DNA of 32,000 bases from positions 3,300,001 to 3,332,000 of the forward strand of contig NC_014972.1 of assembly GCF_000186885.1 (NCBI RefSeq). The letters run 5' to 3'. The translations under genes were made by a program, and so were the position numbers. Below the pieces are notes generated by a model that had not been told where the DNA came from, searched no databases, and saw only the letters and a list, made by a program, of their open reading frames with translations. Positions 1-9,895 of the stretch are shown in pieces. Source of the stretch: Desulfobulbus propionicus DSM 2032 (GTDB taxonomy: Bacteria > Desulfobacterota > Desulfobulbia > Desulfobulbales > Desulfobulbaceae). Position 1 is the stretch's first letter; each line of letters starts with the position of its first letter.

Positions 1-1
1 C

Positions 2-1144
2 TGGATCCTGCGGGTGACGATCAACCTGAAGAACATCGACGACATCGTCCATAAGGCGTGGATCGGCACCCTGAGTGATGCCTACATCGTCAACGGCAAG
101 AATATCCTCCAGACCAGGCCGCGCTTCGGCGGCGACTTCCTTGAACCCGCCGGTGGACCGGATTTTTCTTCAACCGTGGCCACCAAGATCTCCCGACTCG
201 CCTATAAAGGCAGCGAGGCGTTCTACGCCGCCATTCCCGTCGCCAACACCAAGTGGGTGCTGGTGATCAAGGAAAATCCCGATGAAATTCTTTCCCCGCT
301 GCAAAAGGGCAAATATTGGATGGCCTTCCTTTCGCTGCTGGGCTTGACCATCATCGCCACCGGCGCCGCCTTGTTCACCAACACCCTGATCAACCGCATC
401 GAGGAAACGGATCGCGAGAATGCCGCCAATTCCGATATGCTGCTCCAGGCCAACAAGATGATCGCCCTCAGCAAGATGGCTGCGGGCATCGCCCATGAGG
501 TCAACAATCCCCTGGCTTCGATTTCCGAAAAGGCTGGTTGGATGAAAGACCTGCTTGCCGAAGAGGATATCGCCGCCAGCCCCAATTTCGCCGAGTTCAG
601 TGAATCGATCGACAAGATCGAGTATCATGTCGACAGGGCAAGAAAAATAGTTCACAACCTGCTTGGTTTTGCCCGAAGAATGGAACCAGCCAAAGAGAAG
701 ATCAACATCAACAACCTGCTCGACGAAACGACCGGATTGCTGGAAAACGAGGCCCGGTATGTCAACATCCTCATCAAAAAGCAGTATGCGGAAAATGTCC
801 CGGTGATCACCAGCGACCTGTCCCAGATCCAGCAGGTGGTGCTCAACCTGCTCAACAATGCCATCGACGCCATCGGCAGTGACGGCACGATCACTGTCGG
901 CTCGCGCTATCTTGAGGACACCGACCAGGTGGAGCTGTGGGTCGCCGATACCGGCAAGGGCATACCTGAAGCCGAGCAGAGCAAGATCTTCGAACCGTTC
1001 TTCACCACCAAGGCTGTTGGCAAGGGCACGGGCCTTGGACTTTCCATTTCATACAGCATTATCGAAAAGCTGGGCGGGAAAATGCGGGTTCAGAGCAAGG
1101 TAGGCGAGGGAACGATGTTCACCATTCTTCTTCCGAAAAATTAA
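2..1144 (+). CDS. Sensor histidine kinase, 5'-truncated by window edge (paralogue 1 of 3)
   Basis: The frame is open to the window edge with no upstream stop. H-box [16 protein letters not shown]-box [13 protein letters not shown]1 DTGKGIP, F/G2 [22 protein letters not shown] segment [20 protein letters not shown]. The N-terminal part ([21 protein letters not shown]) aligns with the distal periplasmic region of the kinases at 1653 and 10053. Confidence 0.9.
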   Translation, partial: WILRVTINLKNIDDIVHKAWIGTLSDAYIVNGKNILQTRPRFGGDFLEPAGGPDFSSTVATKISRLAYKGSEAFYAAIPVANTKWVLVIKENPDEILSPLQKGKYWMAFLSLLGLTIIATGAALFTNTLINRIEETDRENAANSDMLLQANKMIALSKMAAGIAHEVNNPLASISEKAGWMKDLLAEEDIAASPNFAEFSESIDKIEYHVDRARKIVHNLLGFARRMEPAKEKININNLLDETTGLLENEARYVNILIKKQYAENVPVITSDLSQIQQVVLNLLNNAIDAIGSDGTITVGSRYLEDTDQVELWVADTGKGIPEAEQSKIFEPFFTTKAVGKGTGLGLSISYSIIEKLGGKMRVQSKVGEGTMFTILLPKN

Positions 1145-1150
1145 GGGTAC

Positions 1151-1537
1151 ATGATGGATACGTTGCGGGTTTTATTTGTGGATGACGAGGATGATTTTCG
1201 GGAAACCATTGTCAAAAGGCTGAATGCAAGAAAAATCCAGGCCATGGGTGCCGAAAGCGGTTTCAAGGCCCTGGAAATTCTTAAAGACCACGATTTTGAC
1301 GTCATGGTGCTGGACGTCAAGATGCCGGGCATGGACGGGATTGAAACCCTGCGGCACGTGAAGAAGATGAAACCGGAGATCGAGGTCATCATGCTCACCG
1401 GTCATGCCTCGGTGGAGTTTGGCCTCAAGGGCATGCAGCTCGGTGCCTTTGACTATGTGATGAAACCGGCGCCGCTCAACGAACTGCTCGACACCATCGG
1501 TCAGGCCTACAACAAGAAACGTGGCGTGATTCACTGA
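1151..1537 (+). CDS. Single-domain response regulator (receiver only, CheY-like)
   Basis: 128 aa. Has DDE acidic pocket (VLFVDDEDD), phospho-acceptor context VMVLDVKMPGMDG, LTGHAS, and GAFDYVMKP (conserved Lys). No output domain. Starts 7 nt after the kinase stop. Confidence 0.9.
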   Translation: MMDTLRVLFVDDEDDFRETIVKRLNARKIQAMGAESGFKALEILKDHDFDVMVLDVKMPGMDGIETLRHVKKMKPEIEVIMLTGHASVEFGLKGMQLGAFDYVMKPAPLNELLDTIGQAYNKKRGVIH

Positions 1538-1652
1538 AAGAGCCACGTCAGCGAAATGCTGGCCGTCATGCTTCCATGTCCGGCCGCCACCGGACAGCAC
1601 GGCAAGCAGGCAGGGCGCAACGGTATCGCATTGTGACGGAGAGGCCGAACCA

Positions 1653-3443
1653 ATGAGAGTCTGGGATACAAGTCATCTGCTCGATGATATACCGGCCAGC
1701 AAAACCGCTTCCACCGAGCATGTCTACGACTATACCGACAGTCAGGCCAACCTGAACCGCATTCGACAGCACTTCAAACAGCTCCAGACCCGGTTGATCC
1801 TGGGCTTGGTGGTCGGCTTTCTGCTGCCCAACGCCCTGCTTTCCGCCTACTTTCATTACCAGTTTGCCCATACCCTGAAAAACAGCGCCAAGCTCAATCT
1901 GATCGCGGTGGCGGAGAGCCAGAAAAACACTATCGATCTCTACCTGCAGGAACGGCTGGTCAATCTGTACAACCTGTTCCACAGCAAGGAATTCACCCTG
2001 TCGCCCACCCAGGCGCACATGGACAATTCGCTGAGCAGTCTCAAACACTTCAACGACGGCTTTGTCGATGTCGGTTTTTTAAATCCCAACGGCATCCAGA
2101 TCGGCTACGCTGGGCCCTTTGCCTCGCTGCTTGGCAAGGATTACAGCAAGGAGGACTGGTACCAGAGGCTGCTCAAGGAAAACAAGAGCTATCTGATCAG
2201 CGACATCTATACGGGATTTCGCAATGTTCCCCATTTCACCATCGCCACCAAGCAGGTTTTCGACGGCCGCACCTATGTGATGCGCGCCTCCTTGGATCCA
2301 GACAAGCTCTACCTGTACCTGCGCGCCATCAGCCAAGGCAAGGGGGTGGAGTCGACCCTGGTCAACCGTCAAGGGCAGTACCAGGTGGTCGATCCCGGCC
2401 GCAGCCAACTTCCTGGGAGCAGCGACTATCTGCCGCCGGTAACCGCCGCTTCCGGGGTGGAAGAGTTGGTGCTCAACGATCAGAACATGCTGGTGGCCTA
2501 TTCCTGGCTCAAGGAAACGCCTTGGGCCCTGCTGGCCATGCAGCCGGTGGCGGTGGCCCAGGCCGGCATGATCCGAGCACGACTGGTGCTGACCATCGGC
2601 CTGATTGGCGTTAGCCTGATTGTTTCGGTCATCATTTTTTTCACCATCAAGAAACTGGTCCGCCGCGCACGGCGCATGGCGGAAAAAGGGCAGCAGCTGC
2701 AGGAGATGCTTGCCCATGCCTCCAAGCTCGCATCCATCGGCGAACTGGCCGCAGGCGTGGCCCACGAGATCAACAACCCCCTGGCGATCATCATGGCCAC
2801 CAGCGGCGTGATCCGCGATATGCTGAACCCCGAGTTCGAACTCGATCACAGCCCGGAGGCCATCTGCAAGGAGCTCTCGGTCATCGACGCGGCTGCCACC
2901 CGAGCCAAGGGCATTACCCGCAAACTCCAGGACATGGGCAAGAGCCGGGTTCCCTGCACGGTGGCATGCGATGTCAACGCCTTGGTCGAAGAGGTGGTGA
3001 CCCGACTGAAAAAAGTCGAATTCAAGCCCAAACACTTCGACGTGCAGTGCCAGCTTGCCCCCGATCTGCCCCACATCTTAGCTGAACCAGAGCCGTTGCG
3101 GCAGGTGTTCGCCAACATTCTGATCAATGCCGGTGACGCCATTGCCGACAAGGGGACCATCACCATAGCCACCGAGGCCAAGGATGGCATGGTGTTGGTC
3201 ACCATCGCCGATACCGGCAAGGGGATCCCGCCGGAGAACCTCCAGCGGATTTTCAACCCGTTTTTCACCACCAAGGGCGGGGGCAAGGGAACCGGCCTGG
3301 GCTTGAGCATTGCGGCAAGCATCGTCAAATACCTTGGTGGCACGATCAAGGTCAACAGTATCCCGGGAACAGGCAGTTCCTTTACCATCCTGCTCCCGGT
3401 CAACGAGCAGGCCAAGAAAACGATCAAGCAACACGACAAGTAA
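1653..3443 (+). CDS. Sensor histidine kinase with periplasmic Cache-type (probably double-Cache) domain (paralogue 2)
   Basis: 596 aa. Two TM segments (LILGLVVGFLLPNALLSAYF and LVLTIGLIGVSLIVSVIIFFTI) flank a ~240 aa domain with the Cache-like core YLISDIYTGFRNVPHFTIATKQV. H-box AAGVAHEINNPLAII; HATPase boxes [36 protein letters not shown]-like GGAGAGG upstream of the ATG. Confidence 0.9.
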   Translation: MRVWDTSHLLDDIPASKTASTEHVYDYTDSQANLNRIRQHFKQLQTRLILGLVVGFLLPNALLSAYFHYQFAHTLKNSAKLNLIAVAESQKNTIDLYLQERLVNLYNLFHSKEFTLSPTQAHMDNSLSSLKHFNDGFVDVGFLNPNGIQIGYAGPFASLLGKDYSKEDWYQRLLKENKSYLISDIYTGFRNVPHFTIATKQVFDGRTYVMRASLDPDKLYLYLRAISQGKGVESTLVNRQGQYQVVDPGRSQLPGSSDYLPPVTAASGVEELVLNDQNMLVAYSWLKETPWALLAMQPVAVAQAGMIRARLVLTIGLIGVSLIVSVIIFFTIKKLVRRARRMAEKGQQLQEMLAHASKLASIGELAAGVAHEINNPLAIIMATSGVIRDMLNPEFELDHSPEAICKELSVIDAAATRAKGITRKLQDMGKSRVPCTVACDVNALVEEVVTRLKKVEFKPKHFDVQCQLAPDLPHILAEPEPLRQVFANILINAGDAIADKGTITIATEAKDGMVLVTIADTGKGIPPENLQRIFNPFFTTKGGGKGTGLGLSIAASIVKYLGGTIKVNSIPGTGSSFTILLPVNEQAKKTIKQHDK

Positions 3444-3453
3444 ACGCACCATT

Positions 3454-3888
3454 ATGGAAAAAAAACAAAGAGGATTTAAAGTTTTACTGGTTGACGACGA
3501 GGATATTTTCCGTGAGGCCACGGCCCGCCAGCTGACCGTGCGCGGTTTTGTCGTGCTCACGGCCGCCAGCGGTGAGGAAGCGCTCACTGTGGTCAGCAGC
3601 GATCCGCCCGAGGTGGTGGTGCTCGACCAGGAAATGCCTGGCCTGCATGGATCGGATACCTTTGTAGAAATCAAGAAGATCAACCCACTGATCGAGGTGA
3701 TCATGCTCACCGGCAACACCAGTGTCGACAACGCCATCGAACTGATGCGGCTGGGGACCTTCGACTACCTGATGAAACCGATCAACATCGACGAACTGCT
3801 CTATAAGATCGAAGATGCCTACACCCGGAAAAAACTCAACGAAAAGCAGCAGCGTGAAACGGGCCAAGAGAAGCCGATGCGAGCTTAA
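3454..3888 (+). CDS. Single-domain response regulator (receiver only)
   Basis: The ORF-track frame 3310..3888 overlaps the kinase. The internal ATG at 3454 lies 11 nt after the kinase stop and gives MEKKQRGFKVLLVDDEDIF.. Phospho-acceptor VVVLDQEMPG, LTGNTS, GTFDYLMKP. No output domain. Confidence 0.85.
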   Translation: MEKKQRGFKVLLVDDEDIFREATARQLTVRGFVVLTAASGEEALTVVSSDPPEVVVLDQEMPGLHGSDTFVEIKKINPLIEVIMLTGNTSVDNAIELMRLGTFDYLMKPINIDELLYKIEDAYTRKKLNEKQQRETGQEKPMRA

Positions 3889-3928
3889 GGTCCGCCACTT
3901 TCATCAGTGCTGCCGATAAAGGCGATTC

Positions 3929-6562
3929 ATGCTGAAAAAACTGGCCGCGTTTTCTAAAAAATTTTTTTTCTTCCATCAGGAGGAAAGCGACCCGGTACTG
4001 GAAGCCGAAGAGGTGGAGGCGCTCCGGTTGACGTTCAAGTCCCGGTATCACAGCTTCAAACTGTTGCTGGCCGCCAACACCAGAATATTGGAGGCCATGG
4101 CCGAAATTGAACGGGCACTGCAGGGCAACGAGCCGTTCAGCATGTCGTTCGTCCAAACCCACTGCACCTCGATTTCGGTCAATGTTTTCCGGATGATCAA
4201 TGACATGGAAAACATCGCCCCGGGCAAATACACGGCCTTGCGCGACAGTTTTCTTGCTATCCAGAAACGGATCGATGCCCTGCTTGGCTCGAAGAAGCAG
4301 ATCTCCGATACCCGTCTCGTCATCCCTCTTGAAGCAGTCAACAGCGACATGACCGATCTGGTCGGCGGCAAGATGGCCAACCTGGGCGACATTAAAAACC
4401 GGCTGCACATGCATGTGCCCAGCGGCTTTGTGATCACCGCCGCCGCCCACGAGATGTTCATGCAGGCTGACGGTCTGCAACGCGAAATCGACCGGCTTTT
4501 TCAGGTGGCCGGTTCCGACGAAGACCGCAATCTTGATCTGGTCAGTTCCCAGATCCGGCAGCTGATCATGTCGGCCGAGGTGCCGGAACCTATTTATCTG
4601 GCTGTGGTCGAGGCCTACACCCGGATGAAGACCGCCAACAACGGTCAGGATATCCGGATGGCGGTCCGCAGCAGCGCCTTTGGCGAGGATGCGGAAAACA
4701 CCTCCTTTGCCGGCCAGTACCGTAGCGAGCTCAACGTTGGTTTCTCTCAGTTCTTCTACTATTACAAGCAGGTCATGGCCTCCAAGTACAGCGTCCAGGC
4801 CATCGCCTACAAACTCAGCCGAGGTTTCCGTGACGAGGATATCGCCATGTGCGTCGGCTGCCTGGCGATGATCGACGCCGTTGCCGGCGGGGTGATCTAC
4901 ACCCGCAACCCTTTGGACACCAAGGATGACGCCATCTACATCAACTCGGTCTGGGGCCTGCCCAAGGCAGTGGTTGACGGCGATGCCTTGTGCGACTTGT
5001 TCGTGGTTGCCCGGGACGACGCCCTGACCATCCTCCGCCGGGACGTGCGGGAAAAAGGCTACCGGATCGACTCATTCGAGGAGGAGGGGTGTATCCGCAC
5101 CGCGACCGGGGACGAACAACGGACCATGCCCTCACTGACCGACGAACAGGTGCAGTTGCTCGCCGATCATGCGGTTCGGATCGAGCAGTACTATGAAACA
5201 CCCCAGGATATCGAATGGGCCATCGACACCGACGGCAAGGTGTACATCCTCCAATCCCGCCCCCTGCAGCAGATGGAATCCATCCTGCCTGGCCCTGACC
5301 TGGATCTCAAGCGGTTCGAATCGTCCCTGCTGGTTGAGGGGGGAATCAACGCCAGTCCCGGCGTGGCCTGCGGCAAGGTGTTCAAGGTGGCCAAGAAGGT
5401 CGATATCCTTCAGTTTCCCGAAGGCGCGGTCCTGGTGGTGGAACAGGCGCTGCCCACCTGGGCGCCGCTAGTGGCCCGAGCCGCTGCGGTGGTCTCCGAG
5501 CAGGGTGGATTTGCCGGCCATCTGGCCAACGTGGCCAGGGAATTCGGCATTCCCGCAGTCTTTGGGGTCAGCGGGGCCATGGCCAAGATGCACAATGGCG
5601 ATGCGGTCACCGTGGCAGCCGATCTTGGCCAAGTCTATCTGGGAAACATCGCCCCTCTGCTCGAATGGACGAGGCCAGAACCAAAACTGATGCTGGGCAG
5701 TCCGGTGTACGAATCGCTCAAGGAAGTCAGCCGCCATATCATCCCCTTGCATCTTCTCGATCCGGAATCACGCGATTTCGTGCCCCAGAATTGTCAAACC
5801 TTCCACGACATCACCCGTTTCATCCACGAAAAGTCGGTGTATGAAATGTTCAATTTCGGCAAGGATCACAGTTTTTCCGAACGCTCCAGCAAACAGCTGT
5901 ACTACCGGGTGCCGATGAATTGGTGGATACTCAACCTGGATGACGGTTTCACCCACGAAATCCACAGCAAATACGTTAAGTTGGAGGACATCGCCTCCAT
6001 CCCGATGCTTGCCTTCTGGGAGGGCTTTGCCGCCATTCCCTGGGATGGCCCGCCGGCCATGGACGGCAAGGGCATGACCTCGATCATGTTCCGTTCGACC
6101 ATGAACACCGCCCTGGTTCCGGGCATCAAATCCAAGTACGCCGATCGCAATTATTTCATGGTGTCCAGAAACTACTGCACCCTCAGTTCCCGCCTGGGAT
6201 ATCACTTTTCCACCATGGAGGCCATGGTCAGCGAGCGCTCGGCGGAAAACTATCTTGGCTTCAAGTTCAAGGGCGGTGCCGCCGATTTCGAGCGCTGTCT
6301 GGGCCGGGTCCATTTCATTCGCGAGATCCTCGAGCGCTACGGCTTCCGCGCCATGGTCAACGGCGACAACCTTGACGCCCGCATGGAGGGCCATGACATG
6401 GATTACATGCTCAGCCGCCTGAAAATCCTGGGGTACCTGACCCTCCACACGCGGCAACTCGACATGATCATGAACAACAGCGCCTTGGTCGGCTATTACA
6501 TGAATAAGCTCACCAAGGACATTGATTCACTGCTGCAGGAGCAGTACCTCTGCACGGCGTGA
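3929..6562 (+). CDS. PEP synthase/PPDK-like dikinase-family protein: ATP-grasp + swivelling phosphohistidine domain + unassigned C-terminal domain (paralogue A)
   Basis: 877 aa. PPDK_N hallmarks VGGKMANLGDIKN, VPSGFVITA, MAVRSSAFGEDAENTSFAGQY, VWGLPKAVVDG, PQDIEWAIDTDGKVYILQSRP. Mobile domain GGFAGHLANVAREFGIPAV with the catalytic-position His (codon 5519-5521). The C-terminal ~290 aa lack the PEP/pyruvate TIM-barrel motifs I know (no NDLTQ-type motif). Confidence 0.8.
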   Translation: MLKKLAAFSKKFFFFHQEESDPVLEAEEVEALRLTFKSRYHSFKLLLAANTRILEAMAEIERALQGNEPFSMSFVQTHCTSISVNVFRMINDMENIAPGKYTALRDSFLAIQKRIDALLGSKKQISDTRLVIPLEAVNSDMTDLVGGKMANLGDIKNRLHMHVPSGFVITAAAHEMFMQADGLQREIDRLFQVAGSDEDRNLDLVSSQIRQLIMSAEVPEPIYLAVVEAYTRMKTANNGQDIRMAVRSSAFGEDAENTSFAGQYRSELNVGFSQFFYYYKQVMASKYSVQAIAYKLSRGFRDEDIAMCVGCLAMIDAVAGGVIYTRNPLDTKDDAIYINSVWGLPKAVVDGDALCDLFVVARDDALTILRRDVREKGYRIDSFEEEGCIRTATGDEQRTMPSLTDEQVQLLADHAVRIEQYYETPQDIEWAIDTDGKVYILQSRPLQQMESILPGPDLDLKRFESSLLVEGGINASPGVACGKVFKVAKKVDILQFPEGAVLVVEQALPTWAPLVARAAAVVSEQGGFAGHLANVAREFGIPAVFGVSGAMAKMHNGDAVTVAADLGQVYLGNIAPLLEWTRPEPKLMLGSPVYESLKEVSRHIIPLHLLDPESRDFVPQNCQTFHDITRFIHEKSVYEMFNFGKDHSFSERSSKQLYYRVPMNWWILNLDDGFTHEIHSKYVKLEDIASIPMLAFWEGFAAIPWDGPPAMDGKGMTSIMFRSTMNTALVPGIKSKYADRNYFMVSRNYCTLSSRLGYHFSTMEAMVSERSAENYLGFKFKGGAADFERCLGRVHFIREILERYGFRAMVNGDNLDARMEGHDMDYMLSRLKILGYLTLHTRQLDMIMNNSALVGYYMNKLTKDIDSLLQEQYLCTA

Positions 6563-6664
6563 CCGTGCATGGTTGGTGGCCGCCGTTCCATCGAGGGCGG
6601 CTCGTCCGTTAACAGTGGAGTCATGCTATCCGGCGTGCACCGGTGACTCGGAAGTGGAGGAACA

Positions 6665-7039
6665 ATGAGAAAGGTTTTAAGCATGCTATCCATGGCGACG
6701 TACTTCTTGCTTGCCGTCGGGGCCCTGGCCGCTGACAAGGCAACCATCAAAAAGAATGTCGATGACATGGTGGCGGCCATCAACAGCGGCAAGGAGGCAA
6801 CCAGCTACAGAGCCGATACCTATACCCCGTATGCGTTCATTATGGAGCCGAACGGCAAACTGATCGTCCACCCGTATCTCGCCGGAGAATATCTCCAGGA
6901 GAAAGCGGAACCCATCTACAAAGCCCTGCAACAGGCGACCATGGAAGGGACCTGGGTGTCCTATCTCTGGAAAGGTGCGCTCAAGGAGACCTATGTGCGG
7001 CGGACCAAAAGCAATCTGACCGTCGGCAGCGGCTACTGA
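6665..7039 (+). CDS. Secreted/periplasmic single-Cache (sCache_2-like) domain protein
   Basis: 124 aa. Signal peptide MRKVLSMLSMATYFLLAVGALAA. Cache-like core YAFIMEPNGKLIVHPYLAGEYL .. GTWVSYLWKG..KETYVRR..LTVGSGY. Strong SD GGAGG 6-10 nt upstream of the ATG. Confidence 0.7.
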   Translation: MRKVLSMLSMATYFLLAVGALAADKATIKKNVDDMVAAINSGKEATSYRADTYTPYAFIMEPNGKLIVHPYLAGEYLQEKAEPIYKALQQATMEGTWVSYLWKGALKETYVRRTKSNLTVGSGY

Positions 7040-7221
7040 CCGCTGGCGCATTCTGGGTCGCGCGAGGGGCTATGTGTGGTGCCGGGCTGAAGGATCGCCG
7101 GACAGGGAAAAATCAATCTTTCGATCCATACGGAAAACCGGTTTTGCCGTTCAGACACGGCGGCACGGGCCGCCAATGGTTTATCCACATGCCGAACCAA
7201 TCTTGATTGCGGAGAAAGACC

Positions 7222-9837
7222 ATGTCCACCATTCTTGGTAATCTCAGACAGCTCTTCAAGGATTTCCGCGCCAGGAGCGGCTTGACGCTCCCCGTCAGCC
7301 CTGTGGGAATGAACGCCCTGTTCCGCTTCCGCTACACGCTGTTCAAGGAATTGCTGGTGGCCAACTCCGAGCTGCTCACCGTCCTGTCGGACATGGATGA
7401 AAAACTCAAAGGCGAGACGATCTTCGGCCTGTCCTACATCAACAACCAGGTCAACAAGGCCCTCAAACACGCCTTTCAGATGGTCAAATGCCTCAATGTC
7501 ATGTCCGGCGGCGCTTACCGCGAGCTCTACAACGCGTTGGAGCGGATCAACGAACAGATCAAGACCATCGTCAATGAGCGCAAAGTGGATCATGCCCCTC
7601 ACGCGGTCATGCCCTATGACCAGATCCACCTCAAGGACAGCGACTGGGCCGGCGGCAAGAACGCCAATCTGGGGGAGATCAAAAACTGCCTCAATATCCC
7701 GGTGCCCGAGGGATTTGCCATCACCACCAAAGGTTTTCACCTCTTCTTTGAGCACAACGACCTCAAAGAAGAGATTATCAAACAGAAAAACCTGATTTAT
7801 ATCAATGAATTTGACTTACTGAACAGCCTCAGCGCCGAGACGCTGCAACTGGTCCGTTCCAAACCCCTCCCGCCGGAACTGGAAGCAGAGATTCACGCCG
7901 CCTGCACCCGGCTCTGGGGAAATGACCAGGAGGTCCTGGTGGCGATGCGCAGCAGCGCGGTAGGTGAAGACGGCGACATTTCCTATGCCGGCCAGTACCT
8001 CACCCTGCTGGGGGTAACCCGGGACGAGATCTGCGAGGCCTACAAATCGATCATCGCCAGTCTTTACTCCGCCCGCTCCATTTCCTATCGCACTTCCAAA
8101 GGGGTGTATGACGAGGATCTGGCCATGGCCGTGGCCTGCCTCAAGATGGTCGACTCGCGGGCCAGCGGTGTCCTGTACACCCGCCATCCCTATGACATCA
8201 CCAACGAGCATATCTTGATCAACGCCGTCTGGGGCTTGGGTCCCTATGCGGTGGACGGGGTGGTAACGCCGGACGTTTATACCGTGTCCAAGGACGACGC
8301 TCTGACCCTGCTGGAAAAAAATATTTCACTCAAGCCGGTGCAGTTGGTGCTCAACCAAACAGGTGGTGTCGACGAGCGGCCCGTCCCCGCCGAACAGCAG
8401 CAGGCTGCCTGTCTCAGCGAGGCGCAGATCCGTCAGCTGGCTGGCTATGGCGTTGCCCTGGAAAAACATTACAAATGTCCCCAGGATGTTGAATGGGCAC
8501 TGGCTCCGGACGGCAACCTCCTCATTCTCCAATCGCGGCCGCTGAAGATTCAAAGCCCGAAAAATTTCTGTCTGCTCAAGGCCCCCCCCCTGGAGGGGTA
8601 TTCCCTGATCATCGACAATGCTGAAATTGCCTCGCAGGGAGTCGGCACCGGACCGGCCTTTCCGATCCAGACGGTGGAAGACCTGGTCAATTTCCCGCAA
8701 GGAGGGGTGTTGCTTGCCCGCCATTCATCCCCGGAATATGTGGTGGTGATGCGCCACTGCAGCGCCATCATCGTCGAAGCCGGCAGCGTCAGCGGCCACA
8801 TGGCGGCCTTGGCTCGAGAATTCAATGTCCCCACCATTATCTGCGCCCAACCGATCCTGGAACGAATCGCCCAGGGGACGGTGCTGACCGTTGACGCCTT
8901 TACCGGGCGGGTCTATGCAGGCACGGTTCATGAACTGCTGGCCGCGATCAAGAAGGATGACGCCCACATGAAGGGTACCCCGGTCTATGAACAGCTGCAG
9001 CGGATTGCCCAACATGTCATTCCGCTCCATCTGGTCAACCCGGCTGCCCCGGAATTCACCGCCGCAGGGTGCACCACCCTGCACGACCTTGCCCGCTTCT
9101 GCCACGAATTTTCGTACAAGGAGATGTTTCAAATAAGTGATTTGGCATCGAAGTTCCATGGATGGTCGATCAAGTTGGATGCGCCCCTGCCTATGGACAT
9201 CCACCTGATCGATCTCGGCAATGGTCTGAAGGCAGAGGCGACGGCGAAATGGAACGCGGTCAAGGTCGAGGAGATCGCCTCTGTGCCATTTTCGGCGCTG
9301 TTGCAGGGCATGCTCAACAAAAACGTGCACGGCCTGGAACCGCGGCCGGTCAACCTCTCCGGTCTGCTGTCGGTGATGCGCGAACAGACCTTGGCCCCCG
9401 GACACGTGGGCGAACGTTTCGGTGACCGCAGTTACGCCATCATCGCCGACAAATACCTCAACTTCAGCTCGCGGGTGGGCTATCATTACAGCGTCATCGA
9501 CGCCTACTGTGGCGAGACCATCAACAAAAATTATATCACCTTCACCTTCAAGGGGGGAGCGGCCGACGACGTTCGCAAGAACAGGCGGGTCCGGGCCATC
9601 TCCCTGATCCTCGATCGGGAGGGGTTCAAGGTCAACGTCAAGGCCGACAAGGTCGATGCCCGGCTGCAGAAGTATCCCAAATCCTATATTGAAAGCCGGA
9701 TGGATATCCTTGGGCGATTGCTGATTTTTACCCGCCAGCTCGACATGCTCATGACCACGGAAAAAAGCGTGGAATGGGTGGCGGAAAACTTCGTGGCCGG
9801 CAACTACAAGCTGACAACGCCTCCCCTGGAACAATGA
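7222..9837 (+). CDS. PEP synthase/PPDK-like dikinase-family protein (paralogue B)
   Basis: The ORF-track start 7207 is TTG. The ATG at 7222 is preceded by GGAGAAAG and is preferred. Motifs AGGKNANLGEIKN, VPEGFAITT, VAMRSSAVGEDGDISYAGQY, PQDVEWALAPDGNLLILQSRP. Mobile domain AGSVSGHMAALAREFNVPTI (His codon 8797-8799). The C-terminal domain is shared with paralogues A and C. Confidence 0.8.
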   Translation: MSTILGNLRQLFKDFRARSGLTLPVSPVGMNALFRFRYTLFKELLVANSELLTVLSDMDEKLKGETIFGLSYINNQVNKALKHAFQMVKCLNVMSGGAYRELYNALERINEQIKTIVNERKVDHAPHAVMPYDQIHLKDSDWAGGKNANLGEIKNCLNIPVPEGFAITTKGFHLFFEHNDLKEEIIKQKNLIYINEFDLLNSLSAETLQLVRSKPLPPELEAEIHAACTRLWGNDQEVLVAMRSSAVGEDGDISYAGQYLTLLGVTRDEICEAYKSIIASLYSARSISYRTSKGVYDEDLAMAVACLKMVDSRASGVLYTRHPYDITNEHILINAVWGLGPYAVDGVVTPDVYTVSKDDALTLLEKNISLKPVQLVLNQTGGVDERPVPAEQQQAACLSEAQIRQLAGYGVALEKHYKCPQDVEWALAPDGNLLILQSRPLKIQSPKNFCLLKAPPLEGYSLIIDNAEIASQGVGTGPAFPIQTVEDLVNFPQGGVLLARHSSPEYVVVMRHCSAIIVEAGSVSGHMAALAREFNVPTIICAQPILERIAQGTVLTVDAFTGRVYAGTVHELLAAIKKDDAHMKGTPVYEQLQRIAQHVIPLHLVNPAAPEFTAAGCTTLHDLARFCHEFSYKEMFQISDLASKFHGWSIKLDAPLPMDIHLIDLGNGLKAEATAKWNAVKVEEIASVPFSALLQGMLNKNVHGLEPRPVNLSGLLSVMREQTLAPGHVGERFGDRSYAIIADKYLNFSSRVGYHYSVIDAYCGETINKNYITFTFKGGAADDVRKNRRVRAISLILDREGFKVNVKADKVDARLQKYPKSYIESRMDILGRLLIFTRQLDMLMTTEKSVEWVAENFVAGNYKLTTPPLEQ

Positions 9838-9895
9838 GGGCCCGCCTTTAATCGCGCAAGCGGCACCTCCGCAACCTTAACCGCACGGAACAGCC

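Noticed and set aside
3929-6562. Calling the three large proteins bona fide PEP synthase (ppsA) or pyruvate phosphate dikinase (ppdK)
   Set aside because: Only the ATP-grasp and swivel-His domains match. The C-terminal third lacks the PEP/pyruvate-binding barrel motifs and is replaced by a different conserved domain. There is also an extra N-terminal region. No gene symbol was assigned.
6563-6620. Hairpin GCCGCC..GGCGGC after the first dikinase-like gene, as a possible terminator
   Set aside because: It has a short 6-bp stem and no U-tract, and many similar GC hairpins occur by chance in this DNA.
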